A stretch of DNA of 64,000 bases from a virus: positions 64,001 to 128,000 of the IMG/VR virus record IMGVR_UViG_3300019124_000038; one strand, given 5' to 3'. The position numbers were made by a program, and so were the translations under genes. Positions 49,297 to 58,700 of the stretch are shown piece by piece (positions within the stretch are counted from its first letter, which is position 1; each line of letters starts with the position of its first letter). The notes beneath the pieces are model-generated. The model saw only the letters and a list, made by a program, of their open reading frames with translations. It was not told the origin of the DNA and did not search any database.

Positions 49297-50289
49297 ATGT
49301 TTACACCTGAAAGACGTGTCATCAAGAAGCATGATAGGTCTTCAATTCGTGTTACAGTCGAATATGTTCAAGAATTAGTGCGGTCATTGCCCAATCGAGA
49401 TTTTGAAATCCTGCACTGGCTATTTAAACGCCCGTTTATGACGGGTGAGCAGATCGAGATGCTGGTATTCGGAGACCTGAAACCGTCTAGTCGCCGCGAG
49501 AAGGCGAATCAACGCATCCGCAAGCTCTACCATAGCCACTGTATCGACCGCTGGTTCCCGCCCGTTGCAGAGGGTGCAGGAAGCTCCAAACAACATCTAG
49601 TTCTTGACCGTGCGGGTCTCTTGGCTCTTGCCTTGAAGCGCGGCATCGACCCATCCGATGATCGCATAAAAAAATGGCGTAAGCGAAACCATATTCCCCA
49701 GAACTATCAGCACACTTTGAAAATTCAGGATTTCTACGGTCTGCTCCATCTGTTTAGTAGACAGCTCGAATGCGGGGAGATCATTCGGTGGGAGTGGGAA
49801 GACAAAGCGAAGATTAAATTTGCCATGCGGGAGGATGGAAGAAATCGCAACGTAGAGATCAAGCCAGATGCGTTCTGCATCTATAAGTACAACACGCAGG
49901 GCGGGTTCAAGATGTTTTACCTCGAAGCTGATAACGCAACAGAAGACATGGATGTGTTAGAGACAAAGATTAGACGCTACAAGGCTATGTACGAAAGCGG
50001 GGAGTGGCGAGACAGACAGTGGGCTCGGGCAACGCAAGGAAGAATGTTCCCTGCCGTCCTCTTTCTCTTTCATGATCTAGGGCAAGCAAAAGAATTGCAT
50101 AAATTCGCCAAACGGCAGAACACGCCAGTTCGTTTCCTCTTTACCGCTTATGACCAGTTGATTCGGCAGGAGGTCAAGGAGTATCATAGTAGAGGTGGCA
50201 AGACCATGAAGGTTCCACAAGAGCAACACATTAGACTCTTTGAGCCGATCTTCTTGTCAAGTAAAGAGGAAGGAGAAGTACCACTATGA
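49297..50289 (+). CDS. replication-relaxation (Replic_Relax, MOBC-related) family relaxase
   Basis: N-terminal wHTH RD..IL..L.....T.EQI; HTL.I; IKPDA...YLEAD..TE...L..KI.RY; FP.VLF. Confidence 0.85.
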   Translation: MFTPERRVIKKHDRSSIRVTVEYVQELVRSLPNRDFEILHWLFKRPFMTGEQIEMLVFGDLKPSSRREKANQRIRKLYHSHCIDRWFPPVAEGAGSSKQHLVLDRAGLLALALKRGIDPSDDRIKKWRKRNHIPQNYQHTLKIQDFYGLLHLFSRQLECGEIIRWEWEDKAKIKFAMREDGRNRNVEIKPDAFCIYKYNTQGGFKMFYLEADNATEDMDVLETKIRRYKAMYESGEWRDRQWARATQGRMFPAVLFLFHDLGQAKELHKFAKRQNTPVRFLFTAYDQLIRQEVKEYHSRGGKTMKVPQEQHIRLFEPIFLSSKEEGEVPL

Positions 50290-50543
50290 CTAAGCATCTA
50301 CGAGAAGCAGTTCGCCATCTCAAAAGGAGCGGGGTGAAAAAATATCGTATTGAAACTACAGGTAGGAGTCACCCAAAAATTGTTTTTAGCCATAATAATA
50401 TCGAGCATGTCGTCATCATGTCGTGCTCCCCGTCCTCCCCCGTTGCACTTAATAATTTCATCAAAGATGTTGAGGGTATAATCAGCGGGAAGGAAAGGAG
50501 AAGAGGAAATGGTAGAAAACAAGGCAATCTACGAGCGCGTTAA
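50286..50543 (+). CDS. HicA-like fold protein
   Basis: TGRSHPKI...SCSPS pattern. Confidence 0.45.
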   Translation: MTKHLREAVRHLKRSGVKKYRIETTGRSHPKIVFSHNNIEHVVIMSCSPSSPVALNNFIKDVEGIISGKERRRGNGRKQGNLRAR

Positions 50544-50976
50544 GGTTAATCGAAAAGCGGTACGTGCGGTGATGGGCATGGTCAAGAACACGGGATACTA
50601 CAAGAAGTGCAAGCCTGAACAGCAGATGCAACACTTGAGAAGGCTATGCGACTATCTCGGAGCTGTCTATAGGGTTCCTGTGCCCTCTGTAGAATTTGGC
50701 CTGTTCCCCTGCTACATGCCTAGTTTGCAGACAATCTTATTGGATAAGCCTTCGATCATCTCGTTTCTGCATGAGTATCGTCACCATCTCCAGTGCTACG
50801 CAGGGAAGCAGTACAAGGGACTAACAATCGAACAGGATGCCCGCGCATGGTCGTTACGCATCTTCCACTTGGGGTTTCCCAAGATGTTCGAGAAAGCAGT
50901 TAAGGAGGGCAAGGTATACTTCGTCGCATGGGACACGGAGTTAGGTAAAATTGTGGATGACGCACCGTATATTTGA
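50509..50976 (+). CDS. HExxH zincin-like protein
   Basis: SFLHEYRHHLQ...EQDA. Confidence 0.65.
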   Translation: MVENKAIYERVKVNRKAVRAVMGMVKNTGYYKKCKPEQQMQHLRRLCDYLGAVYRVPVPSVEFGLFPCYMPSLQTILLDKPSIISFLHEYRHHLQCYAGKQYKGLTIEQDARAWSLRIFHLGFPKMFEKAVKEGKVYFVAWDTELGKIVDDAPYI

Positions 50977-51014
50977 TTTTTTAATTGCATGTTTTGGCAA
51001 ACTGAACAATAGGC

Positions 51015-51049
51015 AATGGGGCTGGTCATTCGACCGCCCCATTTTCTTT
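51015..51049. terminator. terminator at the convergence of the two gene arms
   Basis: AATGGGGC..GGTC/GACC..GCCCCATT followed by a T-rich tract. Confidence 0.7.
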
Positions 51050-51483
51050 ATTGGTATACATAGACTATCTGACGGTAAAAGCATTCAGCGATACCCGCCA
51101 ATAAGACTAGAATCGACACAATAGTCCAGACCATATCCTGCTTCTTAGTCACCTGCCCACTCTCCCTTCTATTTATCTATGGTTAATGCCATAACGTTCA
51201 AGCAATTCTCGGGCTGTCCACATCGCGTCATCAGCTTCGGACTCAGTGTGCGGGTAAGCTACTTTTTTCATGGCTTCCAGCAATTCTTCATAGGTCGGCT
51301 GATCGTTCTCACGAACCACATCACAGCAATATGTTTTGGGATATGCGTGAGTAATCTTATCGAGAGCGAGAAGACACACTTCTCGATCACTAGTGCCAGC
51401 ACTTGCTTCGACCTCAATAATTTCATGCGGTGTCCCAATGGGGCTGTAAGTGCCCCACCAGAACTCCACCTTGTATTTGACCA

Positions 51484-51954
51484 TCACGCGTCGATTTCCT
51501 CCTTCACAGTTTCGCTCGAATATTTGACCTTAGTACGGATGAAGCGATAGCCGTACATTTTGATGCCCTTTTGTGCGGCATACTCCCGAGCACGGCTCAC
51601 GATGATTTCGAACTCTTCTTCGGTGGGAATATCATCAAAGAAGATCGCCACATTGCTGTAGTTCAAGCCCATTCCGTGGTTCGGATCTCCTTCGATGGTT
51701 GCCATCATTGTGACAGGTCGATGGCAACCATGATCGTCTGGTTCATCACGGATGATCTCACGAAGATTGTTTGTGAAGTCGTCGCCAAACTCTTCTGTGA
51801 AATCACGCGCTTCACGGTAACCAACCTCACATTCACCGACTGCACCCGTAGCGTAGGCACACAATTTGCGCTCAAAGTTCCCCGCGTAGCTGTCGGTCAT
51901 GATGACCATGAGATAACTCGTCGTCGTACCATTGAGATTGATACTAACTGCCAT
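51484..51954 (-). CDS. hypothetical phage protein
   Basis: Directly downstream of nadR; YAGNFER.LCAY.TG. Confidence 0.7.
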   Translation of the reverse strand: MAVSINLNGTTTSYLMVIMTDSYAGNFERKLCAYATGAVGECEVGYREARDFTEEFGDDFTNNLREIIRDEPDDHGCHRPVTMMATIEGDPNHGMGLNYSNVAIFFDDIPTEEEFEIIVSRAREYAAQKGIKMYGYRFIRTKVKYSSETVKEEIDA

Positions 51955-53046
51955 TTATACCGCCATCCCTTCAATGAGTTTGTCAACGGCTTCTACCGCC
52001 GCTTTGAAGCGTTCTTCGTAATCGAAAGAGTCAATGTCTACTACGTTCATGCCACGCATTCTGTAGCCCTCTCGAAGCATTGTAGCAATCTCCTGACGGC
52101 GATGTGGAAGGTTGCGCTGACCGTCATCTACCCACGGTACGGTCGGGTGAAGGAGCAGAATAAGGTCAAACATTCGACAATACTCTTCGCTCCAGATCAG
52201 TGCTCCGAGTTCAGCGTCAACCTCATTAAACCACTCTACCTGAAATATAGCAGAAGTCAGGGCATCAGTGTCAGAAAAGATGAGCTGACTATCTCCGTTT
52301 TCTCCGAGAGCCTTCACCATTGCATGTTGCGTTTTCCCGAAATGAGTGATATGATCGAGCGTTACTTTGGATACGTCACCGCCCAAGTTCCCATCAATCC
52401 AGCTCCGTGCGTACTCCTGAACATTTGCACAGATCATTCCTTGCCCAGTGTAGTGCGCCGCCAGACGATTCGTGAGAGTGGATTTCCCGCACGATTCGCC
52501 GCCTACGATCAGCACCTTTTGAGTGAAGTGCTTACGAACAACAGGATGCATGTGCTTCCATTCCGCAAACGGGTTGGTACGGCAAGCAGTACCAGAGGTC
52601 GGCACATACTTGCGCTCTTGGTCAACCATGAAATGTCGGCATTTGTGGTAGTGCTCATCGGCTTCACCAAAGCCCCACATATTGCCAAGGCTCAGGTACG
52701 GAGCGAATTTCTCACCGTATTCCTCGGAGGTAAACAGAACATCGAATGGATTATGCCAACCATTGACCTTGTAGAGTTCTTCGCTCCAGAGCTTGTAGAA
52801 CGCTTGCGGCGTTTCCATCTCCTCGGGTGTTTGCGGCAGATCAGCATGGAGATGAAGTACACGCGCCTTATCACCGTATGCTTCCTTCATCCACTTGTAG
52901 CGAAGATGACCGTCGATCTTTTCATGTGGCGTAGAACAGACGATAATAGTCAGCTTATCGCAATTTCGCAGAGCAACATCGCAGAGGAAGAAGTGCCCCA
53001 AGTGCGGCGGGTAGAACTTACCAAAGCACAATCCATGAGTCGTCAT
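51955..53046 (-). CDS. nadR: NadR-type bifunctional NMN adenylyltransferase / nicotinamide riboside kinase (no HTH)
   Basis: GKFYPPHLGH, SGT..R, GGESCGKST, EYAR, DTD, WVDDGQR. Confidence 0.93.
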   Translation of the reverse strand: MTTHGLCFGKFYPPHLGHFFLCDVALRNCDKLTIIVCSTPHEKIDGHLRYKWMKEAYGDKARVLHLHADLPQTPEEMETPQAFYKLWSEELYKVNGWHNPFDVLFTSEEYGEKFAPYLSLGNMWGFGEADEHYHKCRHFMVDQERKYVPTSGTACRTNPFAEWKHMHPVVRKHFTQKVLIVGGESCGKSTLTNRLAAHYTGQGMICANVQEYARSWIDGNLGGDVSKVTLDHITHFGKTQHAMVKALGENGDSQLIFSDTDALTSAIFQVEWFNEVDAELGALIWSEEYCRMFDLILLLHPTVPWVDDGQRNLPHRRQEIATMLREGYRMRGMNVVDIDSFDYEERFKAAVEAVDKLIEGMAV

Positions 53047-53245
53047 TGTAAGCCCCTCCAGTTTATTATTCGATTTCTACGGAATAAGTCAATCTATCAA
53101 GACTGCCACTTGCTTCAATCACTGTCCTAACTCGTCCATCCTGATCGGATTTAGGAGACATACCCTTCCTTTCAAGATATTCAAAAACAGCCTGAGCAAT
53201 CTCTTCTTTGCTTAGAGTAATCATCGGCATTTTAATCATCCCCTT

Positions 53246-53638
53246 TTATTTCAGTGTCTTAAGCATCTCAATGATATCACGCATTGCATAGTATTCAGGG
53301 TTGAACATCTTCATCATGTTCGGAACTACCTCTAGTACGGTGAGGAGCACCAATCCGAAGCCACCAAAAACCCCGAAGAGGATTAGTGCTGGAGTCCAGT
53401 CGTCGTCTTCCTTAACAAGACGAATAAGAAAGCGAGTCATAAAGACATATACAAGCCATAGTACAATACCTCCACCAGTCCAGACGCATCCTTCTACGAA
53501 TTGTTGACGGACAAGGATTCCATATACATGCTCTGCCGCTACGCCAAGACCACTTGCGATTTCAGCGATTACATTGCCGATTTTATCTACGTAAGGCTGA
53601 ATCTCGTTCCATTCAGGCATGATTCTCACTCCATTCAC
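53246..53638 (-). CDS. membrane protein
   Basis: Two TMs, conserved-looking FNPEYYA end. Confidence 0.65.
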   Translation of the reverse strand: MNGVRIMPEWNEIQPYVDKIGNVIAEIASGLGVAAEHVYGILVRQQFVEGCVWTGGGIVLWLVYVFMTRFLIRLVKEDDDWTPALILFGVFGGFGLVLLTVLEVVPNMMKMFNPEYYAMRDIIEMLKTLK

Positions 53639-53679
53639 GTATTATGTGGGTAGGGAGGGACAAGCCCCCCCCCCTTATA

Positions 53680-54309
53680 CTAGGTGGCGAGTTCTTTCTT
53701 CCAAGAACGAAGCGAGAACACGCAGATGATGAGGAACACAAAGTACAGAGCCGAAGTCAGGTGCAGATCACGCATCCAATACATGAAGACCGATACCACG
53801 TCAATTACAATCCAGATGTGCCAGTTTTGCAGAACTTTGCGGGAGAGAAGCAACTGAGCAATAATCGAAGCAACAGCGACAGGAGCGTCAATCCACGGCA
53901 TCGCCGCGTCGGTCAGCTTGTCCAGCAGAACAGCCCATACAGCCGAACCGATAAGCCAGAAAACAATGGAGTTCCAGAACTCTACTTTCGAGATATTACG
54001 AGTCTTAGCAACCTTCTCGCCGTTCCCACGGTTTCGAATCCAGTAGATGATACCGTAGAGAGTCAGCGGCAAGAAGAATCCGATTTGCAGAGTCATGTCT
54101 GCATACAGTTTTGCGTCGAAGAAGATGAAGGAAAAGGCGACGATGTTTGCTACGCCAGTAATGGTCGCCATCCAGATCATTTGTCGCCCGTAGGCGAATA
54201 CGGACAGGAGACCCATCGTTGCCGCAAAGATTTCAAGCGGAGTCGAGCTGACTTTCCATGCGACGAGACCAAGGGCGACCGCCGCGATCAGAGTATACAC
54301 GTTTTTCAT
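53680..54309 (-). CDS. pnuC: nicotinamide riboside transporter PnuC
   Basis: LYADM.LQ, YG..W, P.W.DA, AQ.L..RK.LQNW..WI..D. Confidence 0.92.
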   Translation of the reverse strand: MKNVYTLIAAVALGLVAWKVSSTPLEIFAATMGLLSVFAYGRQMIWMATITGVANIVAFSFIFFDAKLYADMTLQIGFFLPLTLYGIIYWIRNRGNGEKVAKTRNISKVEFWNSIVFWLIGSAVWAVLLDKLTDAAMPWIDAPVAVASIIAQLLLSRKVLQNWHIWIVIDVVSVFMYWMRDLHLTSALYFVFLIICVFSLRSWKKELAT

Positions 54310-54503
54310 TTCACTCTCTCCTTTGATGTTGAATGGTTAATACAGAAGAGCACCGACACCGAGTGCCACAAGGAAGGTTAGCCCCCATCGTGCCATGAAC
54401 TGTGGGTTTTTTTCATCTTCAACCCAAGAGAAAAATACGGATACAACCCCAGTGCTGACAGCCGCTACCAAGATATCTAAGTTTGTTTCACCTCCTTGTC
54501 TCT

Positions 54504-54532
54504 ATAATACAACTATCTTATAACACTGTCAA
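54504..54532 (-). promoter_or_regulatory. sigma-A type promoter upstream of the pnuC/nadR cluster
   Basis: TTGACA-N17-TATTAT on the minus strand. Confidence 0.75.
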
Positions 54533-54542
54533 CTACTTTTTG

Positions 54543-55079
54543 CTAGATTTTAGAGATAAGAGCCATATACTCGATCTCGGATACATTCAGAGCTTTCAGC
54601 CAATTCTTGAAATATTGATCGAGATCGCAAATATCTGACATGACCGTCATGTCGTAGGCGGCGGCATAACGAGCATACGGTACAAACCATTCCTCGAAGT
54701 CTTTACGATTCTGAACCTTGTCAGCTACCAGCATGTCATTGACTTCAGAATAAGTGCTCAAAGAAACAGCATCATCGGGAGATCGATAGTGCAATTTTCG
54801 TAGATAGGAGTTCGCAACACGAGCATACTCTTCTGCCAGTTCCACGGCGTAAGGGTCGAACAAGTGACCGTAACGTTTACGTACTGCGACCATGCGCGGA
54901 TCATCGAACATTTGGTAAATCGGATGCAACATAAAAGCGTTTTTAGCTTCCTGAGTCGCACCGATCAGATCGAGAATACGGACACCCTCGTCGATATGCT
55001 GAATGAAGGGAACGCCCGAACGCTCTGCCTTTCCTTCGCCATATGCTTCTTTGATTGCGATGTAATGGATGTTGGTCAT
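54543..55079 (-). CDS. SpoT/Mesh1-hydrolase-like protein with altered HD motif
   Basis: RSGVPFIQH...AFMLHP...VADKVQN. Confidence 0.55.
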   Translation of the reverse strand: MTNIHYIAIKEAYGEGKAERSGVPFIQHIDEGVRILDLIGATQEAKNAFMLHPIYQMFDDPRMVAVRKRYGHLFDPYAVELAEEYARVANSYLRKLHYRSPDDAVSLSTYSEVNDMLVADKVQNRKDFEEWFVPYARYAAAYDMTVMSDICDLDQYFKNWLKALNVSEIEYMALISKI

Positions 55080-55430
55080 TCTTCTCTGCCAGCTCCTTTA
55101 GTAAAGTAGAAGTGCATTTTTTTCATCTCGTCAAGACGAGACCACGCGCTACTTGCAAAACCATAATCGTTCTTTTCAGTGTAATGCCTGTAGAGCTTTT
55201 CAAGCTCCTTGATACGTTTTTCAAGGTAAGCAATATACTTGTCCATAACTACACCTCCTTGTTCGGCGGCTCCATGTAGTTTGAGATCATGATAATCGGG
55301 AGCCATAACAGCATCATCATCGGATACTCCCACCAGCTTACTTCGTATTCGTTTCGTGCACGATAAGTCAGCACATAGCCCGTGAGAATGTACATAACTC
55401 CTGCGAAGTACCAAAGTTCGTTAGTCAATG

Positions 55431-55859
55431 CTAGTCCTCCTCCAGATAGCAGACAAGGATATCTATATCCAAGTCTCCAAACGCTTGCTTGATAGCCGCC
55501 TCTACCTTGCTCCACCTCAAACGATCAAGACCGCATCCGATTTTAGGCATTCCTAACTTCTTAACACCGAAAGCGATTATGTAATCTCGCATTGACAGCA
55601 GGGAACAATAAAGCGTCATGTAGTTTGGCTTTTGCCAATACTTCTGTTTTGTGATAAGGTTGAATATTCGACCCCAAGGGATACAGTCTCCTACCTCCCC
55701 ATAAACCCATCCCTCGCGAAGAACGGCAAGGTCAGGGAATCGCCGCACAAACTCTTTAGCGATTCCCGCTCCCATTACAAAATCTGCCGAGATGCAATGC
55801 GCTAGATACCAGCTTTCATCAAGATCAAACAGATTCCGTCGCTCGATGCTGAGATTCAC
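55431..55859 (-). CDS. macrodomain ADP-ribose hydrolase (TARG1/DarG-like)
   Basis: HCISAD..MGAGIA, NLITK, MPKIGCGLDRL.W. Confidence 0.9.
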   Translation of the reverse strand: MNLSIERRNLFDLDESWYLAHCISADFVMGAGIAKEFVRRFPDLAVLREGWVYGEVGDCIPWGRIFNLITKQKYWQKPNYMTLYCSLLSMRDYIIAFGVKKLGMPKIGCGLDRLRWSKVEAAIKQAFGDLDIDILVCYLEED

Positions 55860-57486
55860 TGATAAACCCCTCCTCGCGGAGCAAGTTAACCACACCAGTC
55901 TTGATACTATCGAGTGCTCTTCGAGCTTCTTCTTTGCGATGATGACGAGTACCAATGTAAAACTTCAACTTGGATTCTGTGCCTGACTTACGAACCGCCA
56001 TCCAGAAACGACGATGATCTGCTTCAAATCGCACTAGAGAAGCCGTGTCAATATGACGATTCAGCCCTGCAATGCGAGACATGTTGCGAAGCATGTCCAT
56101 CGCGATTGCAGACTCAATCTCCGTCATCTCGAAGGAGAGAAGTTCTGTGCATCGGTATCCGTACTGGAGGTAGAGATCATTGAGAACTTGGTAGAGCGAA
56201 CGAGCATCTTCTGCATTTGCCTTCCAGTAAGCCGCCGCATCAGCGATCAGGAGAGATGACTGAATGCCGTCCTTATCACGGATTAAATCCCGATAGAGGT
56301 ATCCACAGCTTTCCTCGTAGCCGAAGAAGAACTCCCCTGTCCCATTAAACTTGCTCTCCCGAATCTGTTCCGCGATATACTTGAAGCCAGTCGGAACAGT
56401 TAAGGTAGCGAAGCCGTAGTTAGATGCGATATCGGCGGCAAGAGAGTCGGACACTAACGTCTTGACTACGTAACCTTCTCGCGGCAATTGTCTACGAGTA
56501 CGGATGAGGTAATCTACTAGAATTGCCGCCACTTCATTGCCAGTGAGGACTACAAACTGATCGTCGTCTTTGCGTACCGCAACTCCTACGCGGTCGCAGT
56601 CTGCGTCGGTCAAGATCACAAGATCGGCTTGCGTGTCAAAAGCCAACATCGTCGAGGTGATAAAATTATCCTTCAACTCGGGGCTAGGAGCGTCGCCAGA
56701 AATGCCAGAGAAGGTTGGGTCGATCTCGCACTCTACGAGTTCAACATCAAAGCCATAGTGTTCCAGCAGTTGCGGCACTACTGTTGCTCCTACGCCCTCC
56801 AACGCGCTGTACACAACTTTCACATTGCGACGATTGTCTTGAGACGTATCTGTCATGATAGCGTCGATTTTTTGACGGTAGAGTTCATCAAGACCTTCCA
56901 TGTCTCCAGCGGCGGGGAAGCCAATTTCAGGAATCGGGATGATCTGCCCGCGAAGAACATCGTACTCGTCTTGAATGAACCCTGCTATCTCCTCGGTGAT
57001 CTGCCCGCCATCCTGCCAATATACCTTGTAGCCGTTGTATTCAGCGGGACTATGGGAAGCCGTAATCATCACACCAGCAATCGCTCCTAGTTCGCGAATT
57101 GCAAGTGATACATATGGTGTCGGGCGCATGTCATCGAAGAGCACGGGCTTGATTCTGTTCACATGCAGAACGTCAGCCACTACCTGAGCGAACTCCTTAG
57201 ACGTGGTACGTCCATCGTATCCGATCACGACTAATCGGTTTTCAGCATCACACCGTTTGATGAAATTCGCCAGTGCTGTTGTAATCTTAGCTACCGTATA
57301 CTTGTTCATGCGGTTTGTACCAGCACCGACCAGTCCTCGTATACCGCTCGTGCCAAAACGAAGATCGGAGCCAAAACGATCATTGACTTCTGCGGGATTG
57401 TCGATGATGCTTTCAATCTCAGCAATGGTCTCGCTGTCAAGTTCATCTGCACGACCAAGCCATTGCAAAGCACGTTGTCTGCTCAT
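55825..57486 (-). CDS. phosphoglucomutase/phosphomannomutase
   Basis: FGTSGIRG, ITASHSP phosphoserine loop, DADCDR, GYEES, DKDG, RKSGTESKLK. Confidence 0.93.
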   Translation of the reverse strand: MSRQRALQWLGRADELDSETIAEIESIIDNPAEVNDRFGSDLRFGTSGIRGLVGAGTNRMNKYTVAKITTALANFIKRCDAENRLVVIGYDGRTTSKEFAQVVADVLHVNRIKPVLFDDMRPTPYVSLAIRELGAIAGVMITASHSPAEYNGYKVYWQDGGQITEEIAGFIQDEYDVLRGQIIPIPEIGFPAAGDMEGLDELYRQKIDAIMTDTSQDNRRNVKVVYSALEGVGATVVPQLLEHYGFDVELVECEIDPTFSGISGDAPSPELKDNFITSTMLAFDTQADLVILTDADCDRVGVAVRKDDDQFVVLTGNEVAAILVDYLIRTRRQLPREGYVVKTLVSDSLAADIASNYGFATLTVPTGFKYIAEQIRESKFNGTGEFFFGYEESCGYLYRDLIRDKDGIQSSLLIADAAAYWKANAEDARSLYQVLNDLYLQYGYRCTELLSFEMTEIESAIAMDMLRNMSRIAGLNRHIDTASLVRFEADHRRFWMAVRKSGTESKLKFYIGTRHHRKEEARRALDSIKTGVVNLLREEGFISESQHRATESV

Positions 57487-57654
57487 TTAAGTCACTCCTT
57501 TAAAATTTTTCAAGAATACCTTCGACCACCCCTGCAAGTCCAAAAACACCAAACAAAACTAGAATGGGGATGGAGCCAACATCGTTATACCAGAGTGCGG
57601 AAGCAGTACCTATAATGCCTACGAGAGTCATCAAACCACACGCAAAAATGCGAA

Positions 57655-58041
57655 TCATTTTTTCCCCTCCTTGATATCCCTCAACAGTTCGGTCAAATAT
57701 TCGACGCTTGCGTATTCAACGCCGTACTTGTAGAAGATTGGGTCTCCATATCTATGTCGAGACCAGCGTTGTACTCGGCACTTCGTTGGGTCAAGCTGAA
57801 CGCGGGGGATGTGAGGGTAGTCACGCATGATAGCTTCTGCTACCCGATCTCCCGCTTCGTCGGGGTCAGTCATGATGTAGAGCTTGTCCACTTCTGCAAG
57901 TGCCCCATCAATGATGCGACGGAGCTTCCCGCCGAATGGCGTACCGAACAGAACAAAGCATCTGATCGACTCGTCAATCGCGTGGATTCTGGCTCGGTCG
58001 CTGACTCCTTCAACGATCACGCCGATTGTCATTTTCTTCAC
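57655..58041 (-). CDS. Toprim domain protein (RNase M5-like, short)
   Basis: VIVEG.SD, TDPDEAG, GVEYAS. Confidence 0.8.
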   Translation of the reverse strand: MKKMTIGVIVEGVSDRARIHAIDESIRCFVLFGTPFGGKLRRIIDGALAEVDKLYIMTDPDEAGDRVAEAIMRDYPHIPRVQLDPTKCRVQRWSRHRYGDPIFYKYGVEYASVEYLTELLRDIKEGKK

Positions 58042-58389
58042 CTACTTTTCTTGGTTAACGATAGCTACGGCAATTACCATCGGTGTCTTTTGTTGGAAGG
58101 ATGGAGTAGGGTCTGTGATGAAGTCCATCTTCAACCCCTCGTAGCCCATGCTTTTGTGAGCGGAGATCAACTCGTTAATTTCAGTAGTAGATACCCGTTC
58201 TGTATCTACCAAAATTCGTTTGTTTTGACCTTCGAGAGTGTACAGGAGGTAGCTTCCCTCATTTCGCACGTAGTCGGTTCCCGTGACGATTGCGCCATGA
58301 ATTGCAGAGCTACGTGAGATATTCTGACCTCCACAGCCAGTGAGGAGTAAGGCTCCTACTAGCATGACAGAAATAATGGCTTTCTTCAC
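58042..58389 (-). CDS. lipoprotein
   Basis: MKK...LLLTGC lipobox. Confidence 0.75.
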   Translation of the reverse strand: MKKAIISVMLVGALLLTGCGGQNISRSSAIHGAIVTGTDYVRNEGSYLLYTLEGQNKRILVDTERVSTTEINELISAHKSMGYEGLKMDFITDPTPSFQQKTPMVIAVAIVNQEK

Positions 58390-58700
58390 TATTTTCCTCC
58401 TCCTTCAAGTGCATCGTTGTATACGTCGATTCGCCAGACTTCGTACTTGTCATGAGTGCCGCTTCTTTGCGTGTAATATTCGACCGTATACTTTTGTCCT
58501 ACTTCAACCTGAGAAGCATGATAGGAGTTCCCCGTAACCATCTTCACTTCGTTACCCCTGCTATCCTTGAAGATCATCAGGCGACGGTTTCCTTCGCTGT
58601 CATTACGAAGGAAAGTTCCGTGAAATGTTGCTGTGCTATCTACCGCACAGCCCGTAAGGAGCATCGTGGCAATCAGAAAGCCAAGCAGAGTTTGCTTCAT
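58389..58700 (-). CDS. lipoprotein
   Basis: MKQ...LLTGC lipobox. Confidence 0.75.
   Translation of the reverse strand: MKQTLLGFLIATMLLTGCAVDSTATFHGTFLRNDSEGNRRLMIFKDSRGNEVKMVTGNSYHASQVEVGQKYTVEYYTQRSGTHDKYEVWRIDVYNDALEGGGK

Noticed and set aside
50286-50976. HicA-like + HExxH pair as a toxin-antitoxin module
   Set aside because: No HicB-like antitoxin and the HicA resemblance is weak
51131-51142. TATCCTGC resembling a MOBP nick site near the relaxase
   Set aside because: Lies within a plausible small minus-strand ORF, lacks an adjacent inverted repeat, and the relaxase is not MOBP-type
51571-53130. 519-aa + strand ORF
   Set aside because: Antisense shadow of nadR and its neighbour; no RBS or recognisable motifs
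54310-54500. NAD-type riboswitch upstream of pnuC
   Set aside because: No recognisable conserved structure; the region appears to hold a small hydrophobic ORF
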